From assembly GCF_009914755.1 (NCBI RefSeq), contig NC_060931.1: a DNA stretch of 64,000 bases; one strand, 5' to 3'. The position numbers were made by a program, and so were the translations under genes. Source of the DNA: the human T2T-CHM13v2.0 reference genome, Homo sapiens. The notes under the pieces are model-generated. The model saw only the letters and a program-made list of their open reading frames with translations, did not search any database and was not told the DNA's origin. Of the stretch, positions 30,410 to 41,730 are shown in pieces. Every line of letters begins with the position of its first letter. Positions within the stretch are counted from its first letter, which is position 1.

Positions 30410-32965
30410 ATGGGATGGTATAAACCCGAATGGAATGGAATGGAGTGGAATGGAGTGGAATGGAATTGGAATGGAAAGGAATGGAATCAACTGGAATGGA
30501 ATGCAATAGAATAGAATGCAATGGAATGGAATGGAATGGAATGCAATTGAATGGAATGGAATAAAATGGATTGGAACCAACCCAAGTGGAATGGAATGGA
30601 ATGGGATGGAATGGAATGGATTGGAATCAACCCAAGTGGAATGGAATGGAATGGAATGCAATGGAATGGAATGGAATGGAATGGAATGGAATGGAATGGA
30701 ATGGAATGCAATTGAATGGAATGGAATAAAATGGATTGGAATCAACCCAAGTGGAATGGAATGGAATGGGATGGAATGGAATGGATTGGAATCAACCCAA
30801 GTGGAATGGAATGGAATGGAATGCAATGGAATGGAATGGAATGCAATGTAATGGAATGGAATGGAATGGAATGGAATGGAATGGAATGGAATGGAATGCA
30901 ATTGAATGGAATGGAATAAAATGGATTGGAATCAACCCAAGTGGAATGGAATGGAATGGGATGGAATGGAATGGATTGGAATCAACCCAAGTGGAATGGA
31001 ATGGAATGGAATGCAATGGAATGGAATGGAATGCAATGCAATGGAATGGAATGCAATGGAATGGAATGGAATGGAATGGAATGGAATGGAATGCAATGGA
31101 ATGGAATGGAATGGAATGGAATGGAATGGAATGCAATTGAATGGAATGGAATAAAATGGATTGGAATCAACCCAAGTGGACTGGAGTGGAATGGGATGGA
31201 ATGGAATGGATTGGAATCAACCCAAGTGGAATGGAATGGAATGGAATGCAATGGAATGGAATGGAATGCAATGCAATGGAATGGAAGGGAATGGAATTTA
31301 AAGGAATGGAATAGAATCAATCCAAGTGGAATGGAATGGAATGGAATTGAATGCAATGAAATGGAATACAAGGGAATGGAATGGAATGGAATGGAATCAA
31401 CCCAAGTGGAATGGAATGGAATGGAATCAAACTGAGTGGCATGGATTGGAGTGGAATGGAATCAACCCGAGTGGCATAGAATGGAGTGGAATGGAATGCA
31501 ATGGAATGGAAAGGAATGGAATGGAAAGGAATGGAATCAACCCGAGAGGAATGGAAAGGTAGGTAATGTAATGGAATGGAATGGAATGGAATGGAATGGA
31601 ATGGAATGGAATGTATTCGAAAGGAATGGAATCTACTTGAGTGGAATGGAATGGAATGGAATGGACTTGATTGGAATGGAATGGAAGGGAATGGAATTTA
31701 ATGGAATGGAATCAAAACGAGTGGAATGGAATGCAATGGTATGTAATAGAATTGAATGGAATCAACCTTAGTGGAATGGAATGGAATGGAACGGAATGCA
31801 ATGGAGTGGAATGGAATGGAATGGATTGTAATCAAATGGAATGGAATACAATGGAATGGAATCAAATGAAATGGAATGGGATGGAATGTTATTCAATGGA
31901 ATGAAATGCAATTGAATGTAATCAACCCAAGTGGAATGGAATGGAATGGAATGGAATGGATTGGAATGGAATGGGATGGTATAAACCCGAATGGAATGGA
32001 ATGGAGTGGAATGTAGTGGAATGGAATTGGAATGGAAAGGAATGGAATCAACTGGAATGGAATGCAATAGAATAGAATGCAATGGAATGGAATGGAATGG
32101 AATGCAATTGAATGGAATGGAATAAAATGGATTGGAATCAACCCAAGTGGAATGGAATGGAATGGGATGGAATGGAATGGATTGGAATCAACCCAAGTGG
32201 AATGGAATGCAATGGAATGGAATGGAATGGAATGGAATGGAATGGAATGGAATGGAATGGAATGCAATTGAATGGAATGGAATAAAATGGATTGGAATCA
32301 ACCCAAGTGGAATGGAATGGAATGGGATGGAATGGAATGGATTGGAATCAACCCAAGTGGAATGGAATGGAATGGAATGCAATGGAATGGAATGGAATGG
32401 AATGCAATGGAATGGAATGGAATGCAATGCAATGGAATGGAATGCAATGCAATGGAATGGAATGGAATGGAATGGAATGGAATGGAATGGAATGGAATGG
32501 AATGGAATGCAATTGAATGGAATGGAATAAAATGGATTGGAATCAACCCAAGTGGAATGGAATGGAATGGGATGGAATGGAATGGATTGGAATCAACCCA
32601 AGTGGAATGGAATGGAATGGAATGCAATGGAATGGAATGGAATGCAATGCAATGGAATGGAATGCAATGCAATGGAATGGAAGGGAATGGAATTTAAAGG
32701 ATTGGAATAGAATCAACCCAAGTGGAATGGAATGGAATGGAATGGAATGCAATGAAATGGAATACAAGGGAATGGAATGGAATGGAATGGAATCAACCCA
32801 AGTGGAATGGAATGGAATGGAATCAAACTGAGTGGCATGGATTGGAGTGGAATGGAATCAACCCGAGTGGCATGGAATGGAGTGGAATGGAATGCAGTGG
32901 AATGGAAAGGAATGGAATGGAAAGGAATGGAATCAACCCGAGAGGAATGGAATGGTAGGTAATGG
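30410..32965 (+). repeat. ~1.56-kb offset duplication containing an expanding 160-245 bp sub-repeat
   Basis: GGTATAAACCCG at 30417 and 31978. Both copies share the register-shifting GGAATTGGAATGGAAAGG. AATAAAATGGATT at 30560, 30725, 30915, 31150 and 32121, 32281, 32526. Confidence 0.85.
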
Positions 32966-33530
32966 AATGGAATGGAATGGAATGCAATGGAATTGAATGG
33001 AATGGAATGCAAAGGAATGGAGTGGAGTGGAATGGAATGGAAAGGAGGGCAGTGGAATGGGATGGAATGGAATGGAATGGAAAGAGTGGAATGGAATGGA
33101 ATGAAATGGAAAGAGTGGAATGGAATGGAATGGAATGGAAAGAGTGGAATGGAATGGAATGGAATGGAATGGAATGAAAAGGAATGGGATGAAATGGAAT
33201 GAAATGGAATGGAATGGAATGGAATGGAATGGAATGGAATGGAATGGAATGAAGTGGAATGGAATAGAATGGAATGGAATGGAAAGGAATGGAATGGAAT
33301 GGAATCCAGGCAAGTGGAATGGAATGGAATGGAATGGAATGGAATGGAATGGAATGGACCCGAGTGGAATGGAATGGAATGGAATGGAGTGGAATGGAAT
33401 GGAATGGAACTGAGTGGAATGGAATGGAACGGAATGGAGTGGATTGGAATGGAATAAACCCGAGTGGAATGGAATGAAATGGAATGGAATAGAATGGAAT
33501 GGAATGGAATCAACACGAGTGGAATGGAAT

Positions 33531-33550
33531 GCAATGGAATCAATTCCATT
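33531..33550. other. Strand-switch junction 1 (GGAAT -> CATTC)
   Basis: ...GCAATGGAAT|CAATTCCATT... with no intervening non-satellite sequence. Confidence 0.97.
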
Positions 33551-33769
33551 CCCTTCCATTCCATTTTATTCCGTTCCTTTACATTCAACTCGCGTTGATG
33601 CCATTGCATTCCATTCCATTCCATTACTGTTGATTCCATTCCATTCCATTCCATTCCATACCATTCCATTTAATTCCATTCCATTCGGGTTGATTCCATT
33701 GCATTCGATTCCATTCCATTCTATTCTACTCGTGTTGATTCCTTTCCATTCCATTCCATTCCATTTTAT

Positions 33770-34440
33770 TCCATTCCAATCCATTCCAGTCCATTCCTCT
33801 CTGGTTGATTATATTCCATTGCATTCCATTCCATTCCATTCCATTCCATTCCTTTCCATTGCACTCGTGTTGATTCCATTACATTCCTTTCCATTCCTTT
33901 CCAATCCATTCCATTCCATTGCATTCCATTCCTTTCCACTCTGGTTGTTTCCATTCCAATCCATTCCATTCTTTTCATTGTTTTCCTTTCTATTCCACTC
34001 GCCTTGATTCCATTTCTCTCCATTCCATTCAATTGGAGTTGATTCCATTCCATTCCATTCGATTCCATTCCATTCCTTTCCTTTGCATTTCATTCCATTC
34101 CAATCCATTCCAGTCCATTCCTCTCTGGTTAATTATATTCCATTGCATTCCATTCCATTCCATTCCATTCCTTTCCATTCCATTCCTTTCCATTGCACTC
34201 GTGTTGATTCCATTACATTCCTTTCCATTCCTTTCCAATCCATTCCATTCCATTGCATTCCATTCCTTTCCACTCTGGTTGTTTCCATTCCAATCCATTC
34301 CATTATTTTCATTGTTTTCCTTTCCATTCCACTCGTCTTGATTCCATTTCTCTCCATTCCATTCAATTGGAGTTGATTCCATTCCATTCCATTCGATTCC
34401 TTTCCATTCCTTTCCTTTGCATTCCATTCCATTCCAATCC
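33770..34440 (-). repeat. ~330-bp tandem duplication
   Basis: CCAGTCCATTCCTCTCTGGTT at 33786/34110. TCAATTGGAGTTG at 34029/34363. Confidence 0.88.
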
Positions 34441-37400
34441 ATTCGGGTTGATTTCATTCAATTGAGTTCCATTCCATTCAAATCCATTGCATTCGGATTG
34501 ATTCCATTGCATTGGATTCCATCCCATTCCATTCTATTCTGGTTGTTTCCATTCAATTGCATTCCTTTCCATTGCATTCAATTCCATTCTGTTGCATTCC
34601 ATTCCATTCCTTTCCACTCGGGTTTATTCCATTCCTTTCCATTCCATTCCATTCCTTTTAACTTGGGTTGATTCAATTCCATCCCATCCCATTCCATTCC
34701 ATTCCAATCCATTCCATTCCATTCCACTCGGGTTCATCCCTTTCCATTCTGTACCTTTACATTCCATTCCATTCCATTCCATTCCATTCCACTCCAATCG
34801 TGTACATTTCTTTAAATTCTATTCCATTCCATTCCATTCCATTTCATTCCATTCCAATCCGTTACATTCCATTCGGGGTTATTCCATTCCATTTAATTCC
34901 ATTCCATTCCATTCCATTCCATTCTATTCCATTCCATTCTATTCCATTCGACTCGGGTACATTCCATTCCATTCCATTCCATTTCATTCCTTTCCATTCC
35001 ATTCCACTGCATTCAGTTCCATTCCATTCCATTCAGTTTCATTCCACCACGGTTGATTCCTTTCCATTCCATTCCATTCCATTCCATTACATTACATTCC
35101 AATCCATTCCATTCCATTCCACTCGGATTCATTCCATTCCATTCCATTCCATTGCATTCCCTTACATTCCATTCCATTCCATTCCATTCAATTCCATTCC
35201 GTTACTTTCCGATCCATTCCATTCCGTTCCATACCATTCCACTCAGGTTGTTTCCATTCCATTCCATTCCATTCCAATCTATTGCATTCCATTCCATTCC
35301 ATTCCAATCCATTCCATTTCATTCCATTCCATTGTATTCCATTCCTGTTCTTTCGATTTCATTCCATTGCATTCCATTCCATCCCGTTCCATTCAACTCG
35401 GGTTTTTTCCATTCAATTGCATTCCATTGCATTCCATTCCGTTCAACTCTGGTTGATTCCATTCTATTCCATTCCATTCCGTTCCATTCGATTCGATTCC
35501 ATTCCATTCCATTCCATTCCATTCCATTCCGTTCTGTTCCATTCCAGTTGATTCCATTCAATTCCTTTCCATTTCATTCCATTAAATTCCATTCCATTCC
35601 ATTCCATTCCATTCAACTAGGCTTGATTCCGTTCCATTGCGTTCCATTCCATTCCATTCCATTCAATTCCACTCCATTCCATTCCATTCCATTCCATTCC
35701 ATTCCAATCAGCTTGATTCCATTCCATTCCATTCCATTCCATTCCATTCCATTCCATTCCACTCCATTCCATTCCCCTCCAGTTGATTCCATTCCATTCC
35801 ATTCCATTCCATTTCTTTCCATTCCATTCCACTCGGATTGATTCCATTCCATTCCGTTCCATTCAATTCCATTCCATGCCATTCTACTCGGCTTTATTCC
35901 ATTCCATTCCATTCCATTCCATTCCATTCCATTCGGGTTGATTCCATTCCATTCCATTCCATTCCATCCCATTCCATTCCATTCCATTCCTCTTGGGTTG
36001 ATACCATTCCATTCCATTCCATTCCATTCCTTTCCATTACACTCGGTGTGATTGCATTCCATTCCATTCCAATCCATTCGATTCCATTGCATTCCATTCC
36101 ACTCGCGTTGATTCCATTCCATTCCATTCCATTCCATTCCATTCCATTATATTCAGGTTGACTCCACTCCATTCCCTTCCATTCAATTCCATTTCATGCC
36201 ATTCCACTCGAGTTGTTTCCATTCCATTCCATTCAATTCCATTCCATTCGGATTGATTTCATTGAATTGCATTCCATTCCCTTCCATTCCATTCTTTCCA
36301 TTCCATGCCATTCCACTCGGTTTGATTCCATTCCTTTCCGTTCCATTTTGTTCCAATGCATTCCATTCCATTCCACTCTGGTTGATTCCATTCCATTGCA
36401 TTCCATTCCATTCCATTCCATTCCATTCCATTCCATTCCATTCCATTCCTTCCCATTCCAGTCCATTCTTTTCCATTCCGTTCCATTCCACTAGGGTTGA
36501 TTCCATTCCATTCCATTCCATTCCTTTCCCTTCAATTCCATTCCATTCCATTCCATTCCATTTCATTCAATTCCATTCCATTCCACTCGCGTTGAATCCA
36601 TTCCACTCCATTCCATTCCATTCCGTTCCATTCCATTACACTCACGTTGATTGCATTCCATTCCAATCCATTCGAATCTATTGCAATCCCATCCACTAGG
36701 GTTGATTCCATTCCATTCCATTCCATTCCATTCCACTCCATTCAATTCAATTCCATTCCATTCCACTCGCCTTGATTCAATTCGATTCCATCCGATTCCA
36801 TTCCATTTCATTCCATTCCATTACATTCAGGTTGATTCCATTCCATTCCCTTCCATTCAATTCTATTCCATGCCATTCAAATCGGGTTGATTTTATTCCA
36901 TTCCATTACGTTCCATTCACGTTGATAACATTCCATTCCATTCGATTCCATTCCTATCCATTGCATTGCATTCCAGATGATTCCATTCCATTCCGTTCCA
37001 CTCCATTCCTTTCCATGCCATTGCATTCCATTCCATTCCATTCCACTCGGTTTGATTCCATTCCATTCCATTCCATTCCATTCCAATCCAATCGGGTTGA
37101 TTCCATTCCATTCCATTCCATTCCATTGCATTCAATTCACGTGGATTGCATTCCATTGCATTCTATTCCTATCCATTCCATTCCATTCCACTCGGGTTTA
37201 TTCCATTCCAATCCATTAGATTCTATTCTATTCCATTGGCGTTGATTCCATTCCACTGTATTCCATTCCATTTCATTCAGTTTGATTGCATTCCATTCCA
37301 TTCCATACCATTCCATTCCATTCCACTCGGGTTGATTCCATTCCATTCCATTCCATTCCATTCCATTCTGGTTGATTCCGAACCATTCCATTCCATTCAA

Positions 37401-39389
37401 TTCCATTCCATGCCATGCCACTCAGGTTGATTCCATTCCATTCCTTTCCATTCCATTCAATTCCATTTGGGTTTATTCCACTCCATTCCATTCCATTCCT
37501 TTCCCTTCAATTCCATTCGGGTTCATACCATTCCTTACCATTCCATTCCATTCTATTCCAATCCACTCATGTTGATTCCATTCCATTCCATTCCATTCCA
37601 TTCGAATCCGTTCCATTACACTCAGGTTGATTCCATTCCATTCCATTCCAATCCATTCCGCTCCATTCCACTCGGGTTGATTCCATTCCATTCTGTTCTA
37701 TTCAATTCCATTCCATGCCATTCCACTCAAGTTGATTCCATACCATTCCATTCCATTCGGGTTGATTCCATTCCACTGCATTCCATTCCATTCCATTCCA
37801 GTACATTGCATTCCATTCCATTACATTACATTCCACTCCACTCGGGTTGAATCCATTCCATTCCATTCCATTCCATTCATCTCTGTTGATTCCATTCCAT
37901 TCCATTCCATTCCACTCCATTCCATTCCAATCCATTCCATTCTACTCGCGGTGATTCCATTCCATTTTATTCCATTCCATTCAATTCCATTCCTTTCCTT
38001 CAAATTCCATTCCCTTCCATTCCATTCAACTCCATTCCTTTCCATTCCATTCCATCCCATTCCCTTCCATTCCATTCCATTTGGGTTGATTCCATTCCAT
38101 TTCATTCCATTGCTTTTCATTTCATTCCATTCGGGTTGGTTCCCTTCCATTCCATTCCATTCCATTCCATTCCATTCCATTCCATTCCTCTCCATTCCAT
38201 TCCATTCCATTCCATTCCATTCCATTCCATTCCTCTCCATTCCATTCCATTCCGTTCCATTCCATTACTTTCCATTCCACTCGTGTTGATTCCATTCCAT
38301 TCCATTCCATTCCACTCGGGTTGTTTCCATTCCATTCCATTCAATTCAATTCCATTTCGTGCAATTCCACTCTGGTTGATTCCATTCCATTTTTTCCGTT
38401 CCATTCGGGTTGATTAAATTCCATTCCATTTCATTCCATTCCATTCCATTTGGGTTGAATCCATTCCCTTTCATTCCACTCCATTCCGTACCATTCCATT
38501 CCATTCCATTCAATTCCATTCCACTAGTGTTCATTCCATTCCATTCCATTACATTCCAATCCATTTGATTCCATTCCATTCCATTCCACTCGGGTTGATT
38601 TCATTCCATTCCATTCAATTCCATTCCATTCCATTCCATTCCAGTTGATTCCATTCCATTCCATTCCACTTCATTCCATTCCATTCCTTTAATCTCCATT
38701 CCTTTCAATTCTCTTCTACGCGGGTTGATTCCATTCCAATCCATTCCATTCCATTCGCGTTGATTCCATTCCATTCCATTCCATTAAATTCCATTCCAAT
38801 CGGGTTGACTCCATTCCATTCCATTCCATTGAAATCCATTCCAATCGTGTTGATTCCATTCAATTCCATTGCATTCCTTTCCATTGTATTCCATTCCACA
38901 TCTGTTGATTCCATTCTATTCCATTCCATTCCACTCGAGTTAATTCCATTCAGTTCCTTTCCATTCCATTCCATTCCATTCCATCCCATTCCCGCCGGGT
39001 TGATTCCATTCCATTCGATTCCATTCCTTTCCATTCATTTCCATTCAATTCCATTCCATTGCATTCCACTCGCTTTCAATCCATTCCATTCGATTCCATT
39101 CCATTCCATTCCGTTCCATTCCATTCCATTCCGTTTCATTCCATTCCTTTCCACTCGCGTTGATTCCATTCCATTCCATTCCATTCCAATCCAGTCGATT
39201 CCATTTCATTCCATTCCACTAGGGTTGATCCATTTGCATTCCATTCCATTCCATTCCAGTTGATTCCATTCCATTCCATTGCATTCCATACCTTTCCATT
39301 CCATTCCACTCGGGTTGATACCATTCCAATCCATTCCATACCATTCGTGTTGATTTCATTCCATTCAATTCCATTCCATTCGATTCCAT

Positions 39390-41200
39390 TCCATTCCATT
39401 CCAATCCATTCCGTTCGGGTTGATTCTATTCCATTCCATTCTATTCCATTCCATTCCATTGCCTTCTATGCCATTCCACTCAGGTTGATTCTATTCCATT
39501 CCATTCCATTCCTTTCCATTACATTCCATACATTTCCATTCCATTCCACTCGTGTTGATTCCATTCCAATCCATTCCATACCATTTGTGTTGTTTCCATT
39601 ACATTCAATTCCATTCCATTTCATTTCATTCCATTCCATTCCATTCCATTCCATTCCAATCCATTCCGTTCAGGTTGATTCTATTCCATTCCATTCTATT
39701 CCATTCCATTCCATTCCAATCCATTCCAATCTGTTTGATTCTATTCCATTCCATTCTATTCCATTGCATTCCATTCCATGCCATTACCCTCGGGTTGATT
39801 CCATTCCACTCCATTCCATTCCAATGAATTTGATTCCATTCCATTCCACTCCACTCGGGTTGATTGCATTCCATTCCATTCCATTCCATTCCATTCCATT
39901 CCATTCCATTCCATTCCATTCCATTCCATTACACTCCATTCCACTCGGGTTGATTCCATTCCATTCCATTCCATTCCTTTCCATTCAATTAAATTCCATT
40001 CCATTCAATTCCTTTCCACTCTGGTTGAAACCATTCCATTCCATTACATTCCATTCCGTGCCATTCTGTCCCATTCCACTCGCGTTGAATACATTCAATT
40101 CCATTCCATTCCAATCCTTTCGATTCCATTGCATTCCATTCCACTAGTGTTGATACCATTCCATTCCATTCCATTCCACTCCATTTCATTCCATTCCATT
40201 ACATTCCGGTTGATTCCATTCCATTCCCTTACATTCAATTCCATTTCACGCCATTCCACTAGAGTTGATTCCATTCCATTCAGATTGATTCCATTCCATT
40301 TCATTCCATTCCATTCCATTCCAATCCATTCCGTTCGGGTTGATTCTATTCCATTCCATTCTATTCCATTCCATTCCATTGCATTCCATGCCATTCCACT
40401 CAGGTTGATTCTATTCCATTCCATTCCATTCCTTTCCATTGCATTCCATACATTTCCATTCCATTCCACTCGTATTGATTCCATTCCATTCCATTCCATA
40501 CCATCCGTGTTGTTTCCATTACATTCAATTCCATTCCATTTCATTTCATTCCATTCCATTCCATTCCATTCCATTCCATTCCATTCCATTCCAATCCATT
40601 CCGTTCAGGTTGAATCTATTCCATTCCATTCTATTCCATTCCATTCCATTCCAATCCATTCCAATCTGGTTGATTCTATTCCATTCCATTCTATTCCATT
40701 GCATTCCATTCCATGCCATTACCCTCGGGTTGATTCCATTCCACTCCATTCCATTCCAATGAATTTGATTCCATTCCATTCCATTCCACTCGGGTTGATT
40801 CCATTCCATTCCATTCCATTCCATTCCATTACACTCCACTCCACTCGGGTTGATTCCATTCTATTCCATTCCATTCCTTTCCATTCAATTAAATTCCATT
40901 CCATTCAATTCCTTTCCACTCTGGTTGAAGCCATTCCATTCCATTCCATTCCATTCCGTTGCATTCTGTCCCATTCTACTCGCGATGAATACATTCAATT
41001 CCATTCCATTACAATCCTTTCGATTCCATTGCATTCCATTCCACTAGTGTTGATACCATTCCATTCCATTCCATTCCACTCCATTTCATTCCATTCCATT
41101 ACATTCAAGTTGATTCCATTCCATTCCCTTACATTCAATTCCATTTCATGCCATTCCACTCGTGTTGATTCCATTCCATTCAGACTGATTCCATTCCATT
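39390..41200 (-). repeat. ~0.9-kb tandem duplication
   Basis: CCGTTCGGGTTGATTCT at 39411/40331. CCATTACCCTCGGG at 39781/40716. CCACTAGTGTTGATACC at 40141/41041. Confidence 0.88.
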
Positions 41201-41730
41201 GCATTCCATTCCATTCCATTAAACTCCATTCCATTCCATTTCACACGGGTTGATTCCATTCCTTTCCATTCCATTCCATTCCAGTCCATTTCAATCGGGT
41301 TGATTTCATACCTTTCCATTCCATTCCATTCCATTCTATTCCATTCCATTCCATTCCATTCCATTCCATTCCACACGGGTTGATTCCATGCCATTCCATT
41401 CCATTCCATTCCATTCCATTCCACTCACGTTGAATCCATTCTATTCCATTCCATTTCGTTCCATTCTATTCCATTCCTTTCCACTCTGGTTGATTCCATT
41501 CCATTCCATTCTATTCCTTTCCATTCCGTTCCATTCAACTCGGGTTGATTCTATTCCATTCCATTCAATTCCATTCAAGTTGACCCCTTTCCATTCCATT
41601 CCATTCCATTCCATTCCATTCCACTCGGGTTGATTCCATTCCATTCCATTCCATTCCATTCCATTCCATTCCATTCCATTCCATTCCTTTCCATTCCATT
41701 CCATTCCATTCCATTCCATTCCATTCCATT

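Larger units (their letters stand above)
2780..32965 (+). repeat. Young modular higher-order HSat3 array (basic ~3.1-kb unit = X ~1.5 kb + Y ~0.55 kb + Z ~1.05 kb, with variants)
   Basis: X marker GGTAGGTAAT at 4054, 5577, 9724, 12827, 15950, 20096, 23179, 25129, 28662, 31558, 32954. Y marker TTGAGTGAACC at 6754, 10866, 14004, 17112, 21218, 26261. Z marker GATGCAAGGG at 2871, 7302, 8361, 11449, 14577, 17660, 18723, 21806, 23761, 26829, 27834. Confidence 0.88.
1..33540 (+). repeat. HSat3 satellite array, GGAAT orientation, decamer (CAACCCGAGT)-containing type
   Basis: Seen: continuous (GGAAT)n with CAACCCGAGT / CAACCCAAGT / CAACCTGAGT decamers every few tens to ~150 bp. Established: GGAAT pentamers interspersed with this decamer define classical Satellite III. 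Confidence 0.98.
33541..41730 (-). repeat. HSat3 array, CATTC orientation, decamer-containing (ACTCGGGTTG), more diverged
   Basis: (CATTC)n with ACTCGGGTTG variants. It has more substitutions than the 2.8-33 kb array and no multi-kb near-identical period that I could see. Confidence 0.97.

Noticed and set aside
30560-32540. Repeated AATAAA as polyadenylation signals
   Set aside because: They arise from GGAAT to AAAAT-type substitutions copied by duplication. There is no transcript context or evident downstream element.
1-33540. CRISPR-like look: conserved decamer separated by variable-length stretches
   Set aside because: The would-be spacers are just GGAAT pentamers, the repeat is only 10 bp, the spacing is irregular and there are no cas genes. 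This is the known Satellite III decamer.
33531-33550. Canonical heat-shock elements created at the inversion junctions
   Set aside because: An HSE needs GAA-nn-TTC or TTC-nn-GAA spacing. The junctions give GAA-TCAA-TTC and TTC-CATTG-GAA, which are off-register.
33414-34007. Chimeric MEWNG-to-IPFHS ORFs spanning strand switches (also 48558-49022 and 44638-44865)
   Set aside because: These are an automatic result of reading through an inversion between stop-poor repeats.
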